Source: an uncultured Sutterella sp.
Lineage (GTDB): Bacteria > Pseudomonadota > Gammaproteobacteria > Burkholderiales > Burkholderiaceae_F
Direction of reading: 5' to 3'
Length of the DNA stretch: 64,000 nucleotides
NCBI GenBank assembly: GCA_902388655.1
Contig: CABMQD010000001.1
Coordinates: 11,728-75,727, forward strand
Under the pieces are notes generated by a model. The model did not search any database, had not been told where the DNA came from, and saw nothing but the letters and a program-made list of their open reading frames with translations. Both the position numbers and the translations under genes were made by a program. The number at the start of each line of letters is the position of its first letter. The stretch's first letter is position 1. Shown here piece by piece: positions 1 to 9,567 of the stretch.

Positions 1-157
1 AGACACCAAAGCGGCAAAATCAACCAAATCCACGGGTTGTATGACCGAACGCCGTTATTCATTGTTCAAATAAAACTAAAGTAGAAACACAGCTGACACT
101 ATCGGTCAGGGACGGATAAATCGGCGTTAAAACGGTGTCAAATTCCCGTTAAATCGA

Positions 158-171
158 TTGACAGCAGTCAA
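158..171. promoter_or_regulatory. FNR/CRP-family-type palindrome TTGAC-AGCA-GTCAA upstream of the two-component operon
   Basis: Perfect 5-bp inverted repeat with a 4-bp spacer. The half-sites are the same as those of the palindrome in the hemN-fnr intergenic region. Confidence 0.3.
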
Positions 172-189
172 TTTCGCAAGGATTTCGCT

Positions 190-936
190 GTGTGGCTATT
201 GCAAGCCGCGAATACAAAGAGCACACTGAACCCAAAGTCAGTCATTTGGGACGGTGAGGTTATTGTGTCTTTACCTTTATTGCTGGTCGATGACAATGTG
301 GATATTCTCTACAACATTCGAGACTACCTGATCATTAAGGGATACTCGGTTGAAACCGCAATCAACGGCGCCGATGCGCTTGAGCGGTTGAAATCGGGTT
401 CGTATTGCCTTTGCGTGCTCGATATCGGCTTACCGCTTGTGGACGGCTTAACAATTTGCCAACACCTGCGACGTGAAGGCAATACCATCCCGATATTGAT
501 GCTCACAGCCCGCGACAGCATTGATGACCGCGTCCGAGGCCTTGAAGTGGGCGCGGATGACTACCTGATAAAACCTTTTGCATTGAAAGAATTGGCCGCG
601 CGGATTGAAGCGCTTTTGCGTCGAAGTTATGGCGCACCGAAAGACGTGCTCCAAGTCGGAGACCTTGTTTTTAACGTCAAAACGCTTCAGGTCTCTCGAG
701 CCGACACCCCTATTCATCTCAACCCCACCTGTTTGAGCATTTTGAAAGAATTGATGGCAAAAAGCCCCGCCGTGGTGAGTCGCTCTCGGCTGGAAACTGT
801 TGTTTGGAATGGATCGCCTCCGGACTCCGACAGTCTCAGAGCCAACCTTTATCTGCTTCGCCGAGCTGTGGACAAACCTTTTGATAAAGCTCTCATCAAA
901 ACCCATCCCGGAATGGGTTGGTCGTTAAGTGAATAA
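190..936 (+). CDS. OmpR/PhoB-family two-component response regulator (receiver domain plus winged-helix trans_reg_C)
   Basis: Receiver-domain signature (LLLVDDN...VLDIGLP...LTARD...DDYLIKPF) and a C-terminal winged-helix region. The true start is probably an internal GTG/ATG near 270. The stop overlaps the start of the kinase gene. Confidence 0.8.
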   Translation: MWLLQAANTKSTLNPKSVIWDGEVIVSLPLLLVDDNVDILYNIRDYLIIKGYSVETAINGADALERLKSGSYCLCVLDIGLPLVDGLTICQHLRREGNTIPILMLTARDSIDDRVRGLEVGADDYLIKPFALKELAARIEALLRRSYGAPKDVLQVGDLVFNVKTLQVSRADTPIHLNPTCLSILKELMAKSPAVVSRSRLETVVWNGSPPDSDSLRANLYLLRRAVDKPFDKALIKTHPGMGWSLSE

Positions 937-2236
937 AATGAAAAACCTAAAACGTTTCGGATTGGCCAGACGCATCCTTGTCGGCTGGATGCTGCAAACG
1001 GTTTTGATTGTCACGCTTTTTTCCGTGGCCATGCATGAGTCCACAGAATTTATGGAAGATAATCTGCTCAGCGACATTCTCAAAGACGAAATGTCGATTC
1101 TCGTCAGTGAAATTGAAGCAGGCGAAGACTTTGTACTGCCCAATTCCATGCAGCTTTATGGCAACGCTCCTCAGCTTCCGGCAATTCCAGACAAATACGC
1201 GGCCTACCCGGACGGTTACCAAGAAATTGTTCAAGCCGATGACTCTTCGTTTTTATACAAAATGACCACCAACGGTCACTCGTATATCCTCGTCCGAGAC
1301 CAGTATGACTTTGAGCGCAGTGAACAAATTTTTAAGATTTTGATTGTCGGCTGTTCGACGTTGATTTTTATATTTTGCCTCTGCTTCGGCTATTGGTGGA
1401 TTCAAAAGAAAATCATGACGCCCATCACCGCGTTGTCGAGCGCGGTTCGAAAGATGGCGGAGTCGCAAAAATACACGCCGCTCAGTGGTGAGATTACTGA
1501 AGATGAAATCGGTGAACTGGCGAAAACCTGTGACCATGCGTTAAAAAGCTTTCACGAGGCGCTTTCCCGTGAGAAACTCTTTACCGCCGACATCAGCCAT
1601 GAACTCCGAACGCCGCTCACAGTTATTCAAACATCCGCGGAACTGATGCAGCTCTATCCCCTATCAGACAAACAGAGCGAACAAGTTGAGCGCATTCTCA
1701 AATCCTCAAAAGCCATCGAGGATCTGCTCTCGGTTTTCCTGCAACTGGCACGAGGCGGGGCGTTTGAGAAAAACGGTTCAACTGACCGTGTCTATGACAT
1801 CATTTCTGAAATCGCTAAAAATTGGGAGAATCAAGCCAACGCCAAACATATTGAATTAAGCGTACAAAGTCTGTCGACCTGTCCCGGTCATTACTCCCCC
1901 ATTCTCCTAGGCACAGTGGTCAACAACCTGCTTAAAAATTCCGTGCTCTACACCCAAAAGGGAGAAGTCATCGTCAGAGAACTGGAAGATGGCTTTGAAA
2001 TTATTGATACCGGCAGCGGCATTCCGGAAGCGATGCGGGAACGAATTTTCCAACCCTTTACAAGAGCCACTCAGAGAACACCGGGCAGCGGCATGGGTTT
2101 ATCCATTGCCAAACGAATCTGCGATCGCTTCGGCTGGAAACTCGAGTTATTGGATTCCGAAAAAGGCGCCCATTTTAAGGTCACTTTAATCACCGACAGG
2201 CCGATCTTGCCTATGGATAGGAGAGCCCAGCTTTAG
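929..2236 (+). CDS. Sensor histidine kinase (membrane-anchored; HisKA H-box HELRTPL plus HATPase_c)
   Basis: Two N-terminal TM segments, an H-box (SHELRTPLT), and N/G-box motifs (NLLKNS, DTGSGIP, GSGMGLSI). Overlaps the response-regulator stop, so the two are translationally coupled. Confidence 0.8.
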   Translation: MNKMKNLKRFGLARRILVGWMLQTVLIVTLFSVAMHESTEFMEDNLLSDILKDEMSILVSEIEAGEDFVLPNSMQLYGNAPQLPAIPDKYAAYPDGYQEIVQADDSSFLYKMTTNGHSYILVRDQYDFERSEQIFKILIVGCSTLIFIFCLCFGYWWIQKKIMTPITALSSAVRKMAESQKYTPLSGEITEDEIGELAKTCDHALKSFHEALSREKLFTADISHELRTPLTVIQTSAELMQLYPLSDKQSEQVERILKSSKAIEDLLSVFLQLARGGAFEKNGSTDRVYDIISEIAKNWENQANAKHIELSVQSLSTCPGHYSPILLGTVVNNLLKNSVLYTQKGEVIVRELEDGFEIIDTGSGIPEAMRERIFQPFTRATQRTPGSGMGLSIAKRICDRFGWKLELLDSEKGAHFKVTLITDRPILPMDRRAQL

Positions 2237-2266
2237 CGAAAAATCCTTTCTAACATACGATAATAA

Positions 2267-2602
2267 TTGATAACATTGAGACAATCTGCGCTGTTATTGA
2301 AAGGAAAATTTCTTATAACAAAGTCAACAGCTTCAACACAATTGCCCGAACAATTTGTTGAAAGGATTGAACTGCTCGGCGAACAGATTCGTCAAACGCG
2401 CTTGAGCCAGAACCTTTCAGTGGAACTGGTTGCCAAACGAGCGCATTGTTTGCCTCGAACCATGCGAAAAGTTCAAAAAGGCGATCTGTCGTTATCTGTC
2501 GGCACTTATTTGAAGGTGATCGCCGCATTGGAGCTCGATGACACTCTCGACAATATCCTTATTTGGATGTGGGCCAATTTCGATTGGGATTGGAGCCGCT
2601 AA
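2267..2602 (+). CDS. Small XRE-family helix-turn-helix transcriptional regulator (putative)
   Basis: HTH-like segment (LSQNLSVELVAKRAHCLPRTMRKVQKG). Short ORF and the start codon is uncertain. Confidence 0.45.
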   Translation: MITLRQSALLLKGKFLITKSTASTQLPEQFVERIELLGEQIRQTRLSQNLSVELVAKRAHCLPRTMRKVQKGDLSLSVGTYLKVIAALELDDTLDNILIWMWANFDWDWSR

Positions 2603-2797
2603 AAAATAGATTTCGTTGTTTGATCCGACGTTCAACAACAAAAAATTCAATCGAAGAAAAAGAAGTGGCGAGCCTTATCCTCGGCACTACATTCACTCCG
2701 CTGTGGCTGCTCCGTTCCCGGCCTGACCAGGTTCACGGCGAATGCATGCGAGGGGACCCGCCGAGGCCGCAGTTTATCAAATTCACACTGAAATTTC

Positions 2798-2848
2798 AGC
2801 ACAAAAAACGAAACCGGCGGCCAAAGCTCATGCTTTGAAACCGCCGAT
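2798..2848 (-). terminator. Rho-independent terminator downstream of the S51 peptidase gene
   Basis: On the minus strand, a CGGCGG...CCGCCGG stem is followed by UUUCGUUUUUUG. The loop is long. Confidence 0.4.
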
Positions 2849-2871
2849 TCGTTATTAAGGACTAAACTTAA

Positions 2872-3738
2872 TTAGATCTTTCCGCCCGGAACGATCTTGC
2901 GAAGGTCAAACTTCGTGCCCAACGGGATACGTTCGAGCTTCATGCCCTTAGGAGCTTGGCGGAACCAATAGAGGGCTTCGCTGTCCTTCGGACCGATCAC
3001 TTCGCAGTCATATTCACCCGTCACAAACAAAGCCGTGCCTTCGGGCAAACCGATCACTTCTTCGTCCTTGTTGTACCAGAGGAATTCTTCCAAGCGGTCT
3101 TCACGGGTTTCATTGTTCAAACCTTGCGTACCGCCGGAGATGAAGTGCGGGTTGGTTTGGAACGGAATGAAACCGAAGGTGTTGAAGGACGGCGGTTCGG
3201 CGATCGGCATATCGTTAGTCGTGCGAAGCGTCGGGCAAGCCACGTTACCGCCGGCAGACCAGCCGCAGTACGGCACGCCGGCATTGACGCGTTCGCGGAT
3301 CAAATCAATAATGCCGGCTTCGTACATTCTCGTCACCAACGCCCAGGTGTTGCCGCCACCCACGGCGATCGCCTTGGCTTCGCGCACAGCCTTTTGCGGG
3401 TCCTTGAAGCGGTGGATGCTGACGATCTTGTGACCGAAGGGCTTGAAGGCATCTTGCACTTGCTTTTCATAAGCATCGTACGTGCCGGCTACCTTGGCAT
3501 ACGGAATGAACAAAATTTCATACTTTTCTTTGCCGAAGAGCTTTTCGTATTGGTCACCGGCAAAGTCCAAATAGCCCGAATTGTGATAGCGCGAGCTTGA
3601 TTGGATCAACACTCTGCGCTTCGGGCTGACTTTCATGGGTTTCAGAGGGGTCTTCTGCTTGGCTTGGGCAACAGTGCTCACCATGGCGGCAGCGCCCAAC
3701 AACGTAGCGGACAAAATATCACGACGGCTAACAGTCAT
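2872..3738 (-). CDS. Peptidase family S51 (dipeptidase E / cyanophycinase-like) with a predicted Tat signal peptide
   Basis: N-terminus MTVSRRDILSATLLGAAAMVSTVAQA carries a twin-arginine motif. The remainder resembles PepE-family aspartyl dipeptidases. Confidence 0.65.
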   Translation of the reverse strand: MTVSRRDILSATLLGAAAMVSTVAQAKQKTPLKPMKVSPKRRVLIQSSSRYHNSGYLDFAGDQYEKLFGKEKYEILFIPYAKVAGTYDAYEKQVQDAFKPFGHKIVSIHRFKDPQKAVREAKAIAVGGGNTWALVTRMYEAGIIDLIRERVNAGVPYCGWSAGGNVACPTLRTTNDMPIAEPPSFNTFGFIPFQTNPHFISGGTQGLNNETREDRLEEFLWYNKDEEVIGLPEGTALFVTGEYDCEVIGPKDSEALYWFRQAPKGMKLERIPLGTKFDLRKIVPGGKI

Positions 3739-3921
3739 TTTTTCACTCCTTTGATTGGCAAACAGAACTAATCAAAACTACTTAAGATGTTTGCCTTATC
3801 AGAGCTTACGCCTCTATTTCTGTCCTTAGAAAGTAATTTGTAACCAATTTTTATTTAAAAATCTTTAGGTTAAGATTCTTTCTAAATAGAAATCGTTTAA
3901 TCAGCCTCCCCTAAATAGAAT

Positions 3922-3951
3922 GAAAAAAAGACCACCTCTCATGAGATGGCC
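3922..3951 (-). terminator. Rho-independent terminator downstream of the NMO-family gene
   Basis: Hairpin GGCCAUCUCAUGAGAGGUGGUC followed by U7 on the minus strand. Confidence 0.5.
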
Positions 3952-3974
3952 TTTTAGCACACTAAAAGTATCCT

Positions 3975-5234
3975 TTAGAGTGGCTTGGGCAGCTGAATTT
4001 GATCTCCCGTGCTTGTGATGTAATCGTTATAGATTTCCTCAGCGCTCGGGAAATACCACTGACCGTTGGGCAACTTCACCGTCGTTTCTTTTAAGCGGAA
4101 TGTTTTCGCGCCGCACGTCCAAACGTTGTAGAGCTTCATGTGTGTGCACAGGCAGCATTTCCACTCTTCGGGCTTGGGCATCGCTTTTTTCGACATCATG
4201 TCCCACCACTGCTTTAAGTACGGGCACTTGCCTTCATTGAGCATATAGCCATAAGGTTCGCAATTGGGCGGAACGCGCTGCTTGATTGCGGGAGACGATT
4301 TGAGCATTCGCATCAGGTAGCCCGTTGCAGACAGGTGATTCACCTCGATATCGTTTTCATTGGCATTGAGGTACGCCGTTTTCACATTATCAGGTAAACC
4401 GCATTCCTTGCTGATCGTAAAGCGCGTAGCCACTTGCACACCGTCGGCGCCCACTTCAGTGATCATGCGCACGGCTTCGCCTCCCGTGAATACGCCGCCC
4501 GCGGCAAACACAGGGATGTTGAGTTGATTTTCCGCCAAGTACGCCTTCACCTCTTTGACAATCGTCTCCAAGGAATGTTCGCGCCAGTCTTCGCCAAAAC
4601 CCAAGTGTCCGCCGGCCAAAGGTCCTTCCACCACGATATAGTCAGGCAGGCGGTCAAGCGACTTATTGCGGCGCAAAAAGAGATTGAGCGCGCGCACGGA
4701 AGAAACCACAATGCCCAAGAGCGCCTCGCGGAAGCGCTTGTTTTCGCTCATCAGCTTAAAGCTGCCTAAATGAAGACCGGCTGACAAAGTGATTCCGTTA
4801 ATGCCCGCATCAAGCGCCGCATTCAAACGCACGCCGAGCGATTCGTGCGGCGCGTTATAGGTGAGCTTTTCCATGCAGTTGATAAACACCAGGCCCTTGC
4901 CCGTGGCGCGTTGCATCACATCCCCAACATAGCGCAGTGTCGCTTCGCGAACATCATTTAAATCAAAATGATTGTCGCTTTTGTCCGGATTATTGCGGCA
5001 ACCGTAATAACGCTTGGCTTTATTCGCCGTGAATGTGGTGCCGTAAAGGCGGTCAGACAAATCCATCAGCATGGCATCAGACAGGTGAGCGATTCCGCCC
5101 AGCTTTTCAACGGCCAACACCATTTCGGCCGTTGAAATGTTCACACCCATGCCGCCCACCATCAGGGGCACATATTCTTTATCCTTCAATCGGACTCGCA
5201 AGTCCTTCAGACATACAGCATTAGAGTCGGTCAT
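3975..5234 (-). CDS. Nitronate monooxygenase / FabK-like enoyl reductase family (NMO, TIM-barrel FMN) with a Cys-rich C-terminal extension
   Basis: NMO-family motifs (GGMG, AAGG, GADGVQVATRF). The start is set at MTDSNAV (ATG 5234) rather than the longest ORF. The C-terminal ~90 aa contain C-x6-C...CCLC...C. Confidence 0.65.
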   Translation of the reverse strand: MTDSNAVCLKDLRVRLKDKEYVPLMVGGMGVNISTAEMVLAVEKLGGIAHLSDAMLMDLSDRLYGTTFTANKAKRYYGCRNNPDKSDNHFDLNDVREATLRYVGDVMQRATGKGLVFINCMEKLTYNAPHESLGVRLNAALDAGINGITLSAGLHLGSFKLMSENKRFREALLGIVVSSVRALNLFLRRNKSLDRLPDYIVVEGPLAGGHLGFGEDWREHSLETIVKEVKAYLAENQLNIPVFAAGGVFTGGEAVRMITEVGADGVQVATRFTISKECGLPDNVKTAYLNANENDIEVNHLSATGYLMRMLKSSPAIKQRVPPNCEPYGYMLNEGKCPYLKQWWDMMSKKAMPKPEEWKCCLCTHMKLYNVWTCGAKTFRLKETTVKLPNGQWYFPSAEEIYNDYITSTGDQIQLPKPL

Positions 5235-5398
5235 CAGAAATCCCTTCGGATTAATATCGATATGATCCTGAAAGTATGTCAATGGATTGTGTAAAAACTG
5301 TAACAAAAAAATAGGATATACCCCTAGGCCAACCCCTCTTGACACTCATCGCATGATCAGTAAAGTAATTCAGTTTTAACTTCACGGAAGATATTGAA

Positions 5399-6196
5399 AT
5401 GGCTTTATTGACTGGTAAGAAATTACTCATCACCGGCATTTCTTCAAACCGCTCCATTGCCTACGGCATTGCCAAGGCCTGTAAAGAAGAAGGGGCCGAG
5501 CTCATCCTGACATACAACAATGAACGTTTCCGCGAACGTCTTGAACGTTTTGCCAATGATTTTGGAGCGGCAGGCGTGATTCAACTTAATGTCGCTGACG
5601 ATGACAGCATCGCTGCCGCGGCGGCTAAAGTTAAGGAAATTTGGTCTGACGGTTTTGACGGCTTTGTGCATTCAATCGCCTGGGCTCCCCGTGAAGCAAT
5701 CGAGGGTTCTTTCTTGGAAGGCCTGTCTCGTGACGGCTTCCTGACCGCCATTAATATTTCCGCTTACTCTTTTGCGGCGCTTGCAAAGGCGTTTTTGCCT
5801 CAATTGGAAGGTCACAACGCCTCTCTAGTCACACTCTCTTTCCTTGGCGCGGAAAAAGTGGTTCCCAACTACAACACCATGGGCGTTGCCAAGGCCGCTC
5901 TTGAAGCCGTGACTCGCTACATGGCCGCCGATTTAGGTCCCAAGGGCATCCGCGTGAACGCGCTCTCGAGCGGTCCGATCAGAACATTGGCCGCAAGCGG
6001 CATTAAGGACTTCACCAAGATGCTCGCTCACGCTCGCGATGTTTCGCCCTTGCGCGAAACGGTCACGATCGAAGATGTGGGTCGCTCCACGGCGTTCCTG
6101 CTCTCCGACTACGCCCGAGGCATCACCGCGGAAACGCTTTATGTGGATGCGGGCTTTCAGGCAATGGCCGGCCAAGTGCCCGCCCAAGCCGAATAA
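5399..6196 (+). CDS. fabI: Enoyl-[acyl-carrier-protein] reductase (NADH), FabI
   Basis: Classic FabI sequence (GKKLLITGISSNRSIAYGIAKA ... YNTMGVAKAALEA ... GPIRTLAASGI). Confidence 0.85.
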   Translation: MALLTGKKLLITGISSNRSIAYGIAKACKEEGAELILTYNNERFRERLERFANDFGAAGVIQLNVADDDSIAAAAAKVKEIWSDGFDGFVHSIAWAPREAIEGSFLEGLSRDGFLTAINISAYSFAALAKAFLPQLEGHNASLVTLSFLGAEKVVPNYNTMGVAKAALEAVTRYMAADLGPKGIRVNALSSGPIRTLAASGIKDFTKMLAHARDVSPLRETVTIEDVGRSTAFLLSDYARGITAETLYVDAGFQAMAGQVPAQAE

Positions 6197-6217
6197 ACGG
6201 CCGCATTTTTAGCTGAG

Positions 6218-6247
6218 AATCGCCCCTAAGCGGGCGATTTTCTTTTG
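6218..6247 (+). terminator. Rho-independent terminator after fabI
   Basis: AATCGCCC-ctaag-GGGCGATT stem-loop followed by TTCTTTTG. Confidence 0.6.
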
Positions 6248-6380
6248 AGCGCATCAAACTATTGCCAAAATAGAAAATTTCAAATTCCAAATCACTCGAA
6301 AATCGGCTATTCTCCCTTTAGTATCAAAGCGCCAATGAGCGCTCGGCCGATTTGTTTTTAGTTAATAAGGTGAGAAAAAA

Positions 6381-6698
6381 ATGAGCGATATTATTCACTT
6401 AAACGATTCCAATTTTGAAACGGAAACCGCACAAGGCGTGGTGGTGGTTGATTTCTGGGCTCCGTGGTGCGGACCGTGCCGCGCGCTGGCTCCGCATTTG
6501 GAAGCCGCCGCCCAAAAGTTTGACGGCAAGCTTCGCATCGCCAAGTACAACGTGGATGAAGCCAACGAATACGCCGCCAAACTCGGCATCCGTTCCATCC
6601 CGACATTGATCGTTTATGAAAACGGTCAAGCGATTCAACAACACGTTGGTTCCATGGGACAATCCCAATTGGAAGAATTTTTAAATCAATTCGTTTAA
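6381..6698 (+). CDS. trxA: Thioredoxin 1
   Basis: WCGPC active site. 105 aa with a typical TrxA sequence. Confidence 0.9.
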   Translation: MSDIIHLNDSNFETETAQGVVVVDFWAPWCGPCRALAPHLEAAAQKFDGKLRIAKYNVDEANEYAAKLGIRSIPTLIVYENGQAIQQHVGSMGQSQLEEFLNQFV

Positions 6699-6711
6699 AA
6701 TGCCCTCCGAA

Positions 6712-6740
6712 TCCGTTTCAGGCCACCGGTCTGAAACGGA
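6712..6740 (+). terminator. Perfect 10-bp stem-loop (TCCGTTTCAG-N9-CTGAAACGGA) between trxA and rho; trxA terminator or rho-leader attenuator-like element
   Basis: Perfect inverted repeat. The downstream sequence is AT-rich but has no clean U-tract. Confidence 0.35.
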
Positions 6741-6841
6741 ATCTTTAAGAAAAATTCGTTTTATTTTCTAACGATCAGAACAGCGGTGAAGGCTAATCTG
6801 CCGACCCCTGCCTTTTCAATTCACAATTTCAAATAATTCAA

Positions 6842-8104
6842 ATGCATCTTTCTGAACTCAAATCGTTGCATGTCTCCAAACTTCTGGACTGGGCAATTGA
6901 TCTCGGCATTGAAAATGCCAACCGTATGCGCAAACAAGAACTCATGTTCGCCATTTTGAAAAAACGCGCCAAAGAAGGTGAACAAATTTTCGGCGATGGC
7001 ACGCTCGAAATTCTGCCCGATGGTTTTGGCTTTCTCCGTAGCCCCGAAACGTCTTATCTCGCAAGCACCGACGACATCTACATTTCTCCGTCCCAAATTC
7101 GCCGATTCAACCTGCATACGGGTGACTCCATTGAAGGTGAAGTGCGCACTCCCAAAGAAGGTGAACGCTACTTCGCTTTGGTAAAAGTTGAAAAGGTAAA
7201 CGGACAATCTCCGGAAAACTTAAAGCACCGCATGTTGTTTGAAAACCTCACACCGTTGTTCCCGAACGAACATCTCGTGTTGGAACGCGACATCCGCGGT
7301 GATGAAAACCTGACCGGTCGAGTGATCGACATGATTGCGCCGATCGGTAAAGGCCAACGCGCTTTGATTGTGGCCTCTCCGAAGAGCGGTAAGACCGTAT
7401 TGATGCAACACATCGCTCATGCCATCACTGCCAATCACCCCGACTGCGTGCTCTTTGTTTTGCTCATTGACGAACGTCCTGAAGAAGTGACGGAAATGCA
7501 GCGCACGGTCCGAGGTGAAGTGGTTGCCAGCACGTTTGACGAACCCGCCTCCCGCCACGTGCAAGTCACGGAAATGGTGATTGAAAAAGCCAAGCGCTTG
7601 GCCGAAAGCAAAAAAGACGTGGTGATTTTGCTCGATTCCATCACACGCCTGGCTCGCGCCTACAACAATGTGATGCCGACTTCCGGCCGCGTGCTCTCGG
7701 GCGGCGTGGACGCCAACGCTCTTCATCGCCCCAAGCGTGTCTTCGGCGCCGCCCGCAATCTTGAAGAAGGTGGTTCTCTCACCATCATTGCGACGGCCTT
7801 GGTCGATACCGGCAGCCGCATGGACGATGTGATCTATGAAGAATTCAAGGGCACGGGCAACATGGAAGTGCATCTGGAGCGCCGTTTGGCCGAAAAACGC
7901 ATTTACCCGGCCATCAACGTCTTGCGCTCCGGCACACGCCGTGAAGAGTTGCTATTGAAACCCGACGTGTTGCAAAAGGTTTGGATCTTGAGAAAACTTT
8001 TAAGCGATATGGACGAAGTCGAGGCGATGGAGTTCCTGCTTGAACGCTTAAAAGCGACCAAGAGCAACGCAGATTTCTTCGATTTAATGCGTCGAGGCGG
8101 CTAA
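6842..8104 (+). CDS. rho: Transcription termination factor Rho
   Basis: 420 aa. Has the Rho N-terminal domain, RNA-binding domain and ATPase (Walker A GKT) with a characteristic sequence. Confidence 0.95.
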   Translation: MHLSELKSLHVSKLLDWAIDLGIENANRMRKQELMFAILKKRAKEGEQIFGDGTLEILPDGFGFLRSPETSYLASTDDIYISPSQIRRFNLHTGDSIEGEVRTPKEGERYFALVKVEKVNGQSPENLKHRMLFENLTPLFPNEHLVLERDIRGDENLTGRVIDMIAPIGKGQRALIVASPKSGKTVLMQHIAHAITANHPDCVLFVLLIDERPEEVTEMQRTVRGEVVASTFDEPASRHVQVTEMVIEKAKRLAESKKDVVILLDSITRLARAYNNVMPTSGRVLSGGVDANALHRPKRVFGAARNLEEGGSLTIIATALVDTGSRMDDVIYEEFKGTGNMEVHLERRLAEKRIYPAINVLRSGTRREELLLKPDVLQKVWILRKLLSDMDEVEAMEFLLERLKATKSNADFFDLMRRGG

Positions 8105-8132
8105 TCATCAGATTTCGTCTCAATACAAATTA

Positions 8133-8192
8133 ACGGCTTGAGCCCATTAAACTCTTTCCTATAGAGATCAATGGGATCAAGCCGTTTTTTTA
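8133..8192 (+). terminator. Rho-independent terminator after rho
   Basis: Long stem ACGGCTTGAGCCCATT ... AATGGGATCAAGCCGT followed by T7. Confidence 0.5.
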
Positions 8193-8234
8193 TGCCTATG
8201 CGCCAATTTTGAGCAAACACATGGCCAGAACCAT

Positions 8235-9437
8235 TCATGGCAATTGCGGTTCAATGTCTTGTCGTGAGATAAAACGCTTAATCATTGCAAAGCAAATGAG
8301 ACCGGCCACAAAAGCAAAAGCAGCCCCCGCATAACCGATCCATTCAATAGCCGGCAATGCGCAAACCCAACCACCTACCAACGCCCCTCCTCCGATACCG
8401 ACGTTGGCAATGCCAGAATAAATCGACATCGCAATAGGCGTCGCTTGAGGTTCAAGGCGAATCACAACCGACTGAAAGACAAGACCGAAAATGGTGAAGG
8501 TGACGCCCCAGAAGACGCACAAAACCATAGCCGACCAAATATGCACGGCGGAAAACTTTAAAAGCAACAAAAAGAGACTTAAACCGAAAGTGCCCGTGGC
8601 AAAAAAGAAAACGGGATGCCGTTCATAAAAGTGGGAAAAGAAAATACTTGCCACAATGCCGGCGATGCCAAACATCGTCAAAGAGAAAGTTATCTCGCTT
8701 TCGGGCATGTGCGCGATCTGCGCCATGAAAGGTTCAATGTAGCTGTAGGCCGTGAAATTGGCGGTAAAAATTAAAGCTGTCAGCGCATAGACGCCAATGA
8801 GGGCGGGATTTTTCACAATACCGGGCAATTTGCTGACAGAAGACCCCTGACTACCGGTCGGCACTCGAGGAAACACAAAAAGCAAAAATAAAGCTACTGC
8901 CAGGGCGACAATTCCGATGGAAAGAAAGGTGGCCCGCCATCCCATGTAAAGACCAATCATTCGCCCCAGGGGCAATCCCGCGATCATCGCCACAGATGTT
9001 CCTGTTATCACCATGCCGAGCGCAGCCGCGCGCTTACCTTGAGGTGCGATCTTGACGGCAAGAGGCGATGCAATTGACCAAAAAATCGAATGGGAAAAGG
9101 CTACGCCTGCTCTAGATAACATTAAAGTCAGGTAGCTTGGAGCAACCGCGGATAAAAAATGACTTAACACAAACAAAGAAAGAATCCCCAAAAGCAGTTT
9201 TTTAAACTCCACTTTTGAAGCCAAAAGCATAAGCGGTAAAGAAAGTACCGTCACAATCCAGGCGTAGACCGTGATGATCATTCCGGCTTGGGATTCTGTG
9301 ATTTGGAAATCACGAGCAATATCGCTCAAAAGTCCAATCGGAATGAATTCAGATGTGTTGAAGATGAAGGCCGACAAAGTCAGACCAGCCACCGGAGCCC
9401 AGAGCTTGAGAGCACCTGCCTCTTCTTGTTGAGCCAT
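8235..9437 (-). CDS. MFS sugar-efflux transporter (SET family, SotB/YdeA-like)
   Basis: 12-TM MFS protein. The N-terminal region (AFIFNTSEFIPIGLLSDIARDF) closely resembles E. coli SotB as recalled from memory. Confidence 0.75.
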   Translation of the reverse strand: MAQQEEAGALKLWAPVAGLTLSAFIFNTSEFIPIGLLSDIARDFQITESQAGMIITVYAWIVTVLSLPLMLLASKVEFKKLLLGILSLFVLSHFLSAVAPSYLTLMLSRAGVAFSHSIFWSIASPLAVKIAPQGKRAAALGMVITGTSVAMIAGLPLGRMIGLYMGWRATFLSIGIVALAVALFLLFVFPRVPTGSQGSSVSKLPGIVKNPALIGVYALTALIFTANFTAYSYIEPFMAQIAHMPESEITFSLTMFGIAGIVASIFFSHFYERHPVFFFATGTFGLSLFLLLLKFSAVHIWSAMVLCVFWGVTFTIFGLVFQSVVIRLEPQATPIAMSIYSGIANVGIGGGALVGGWVCALPAIEWIGYAGAAFAFVAGLICFAMIKRFISRQDIEPQLP

Positions 9438-9567
9438 GGCGCTTTCCTTTCTTTTCTTTGAATTAAAAACAAGCGCGGATTATAGATTAAGATCAAGGAC
9501 GGGCTTCATGGTAAACTCGTCATGCTCAAAAAGCAGGTATTGTTCGGCAGCTCCGTAGTCGGCGTTT

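Noticed and set aside
2956-3600. 214-aa plus-strand ORF
   Set aside because: Antisense to the S51 peptidase gene. Arg/Ala-rich spurious frame.
3975-5345. Longest-ORF start for the NMO gene (456 aa)
   Set aside because: The N-terminal 37 residues have no homology and would delete the divergent promoter region. The MTDSNAV start fits the family length.
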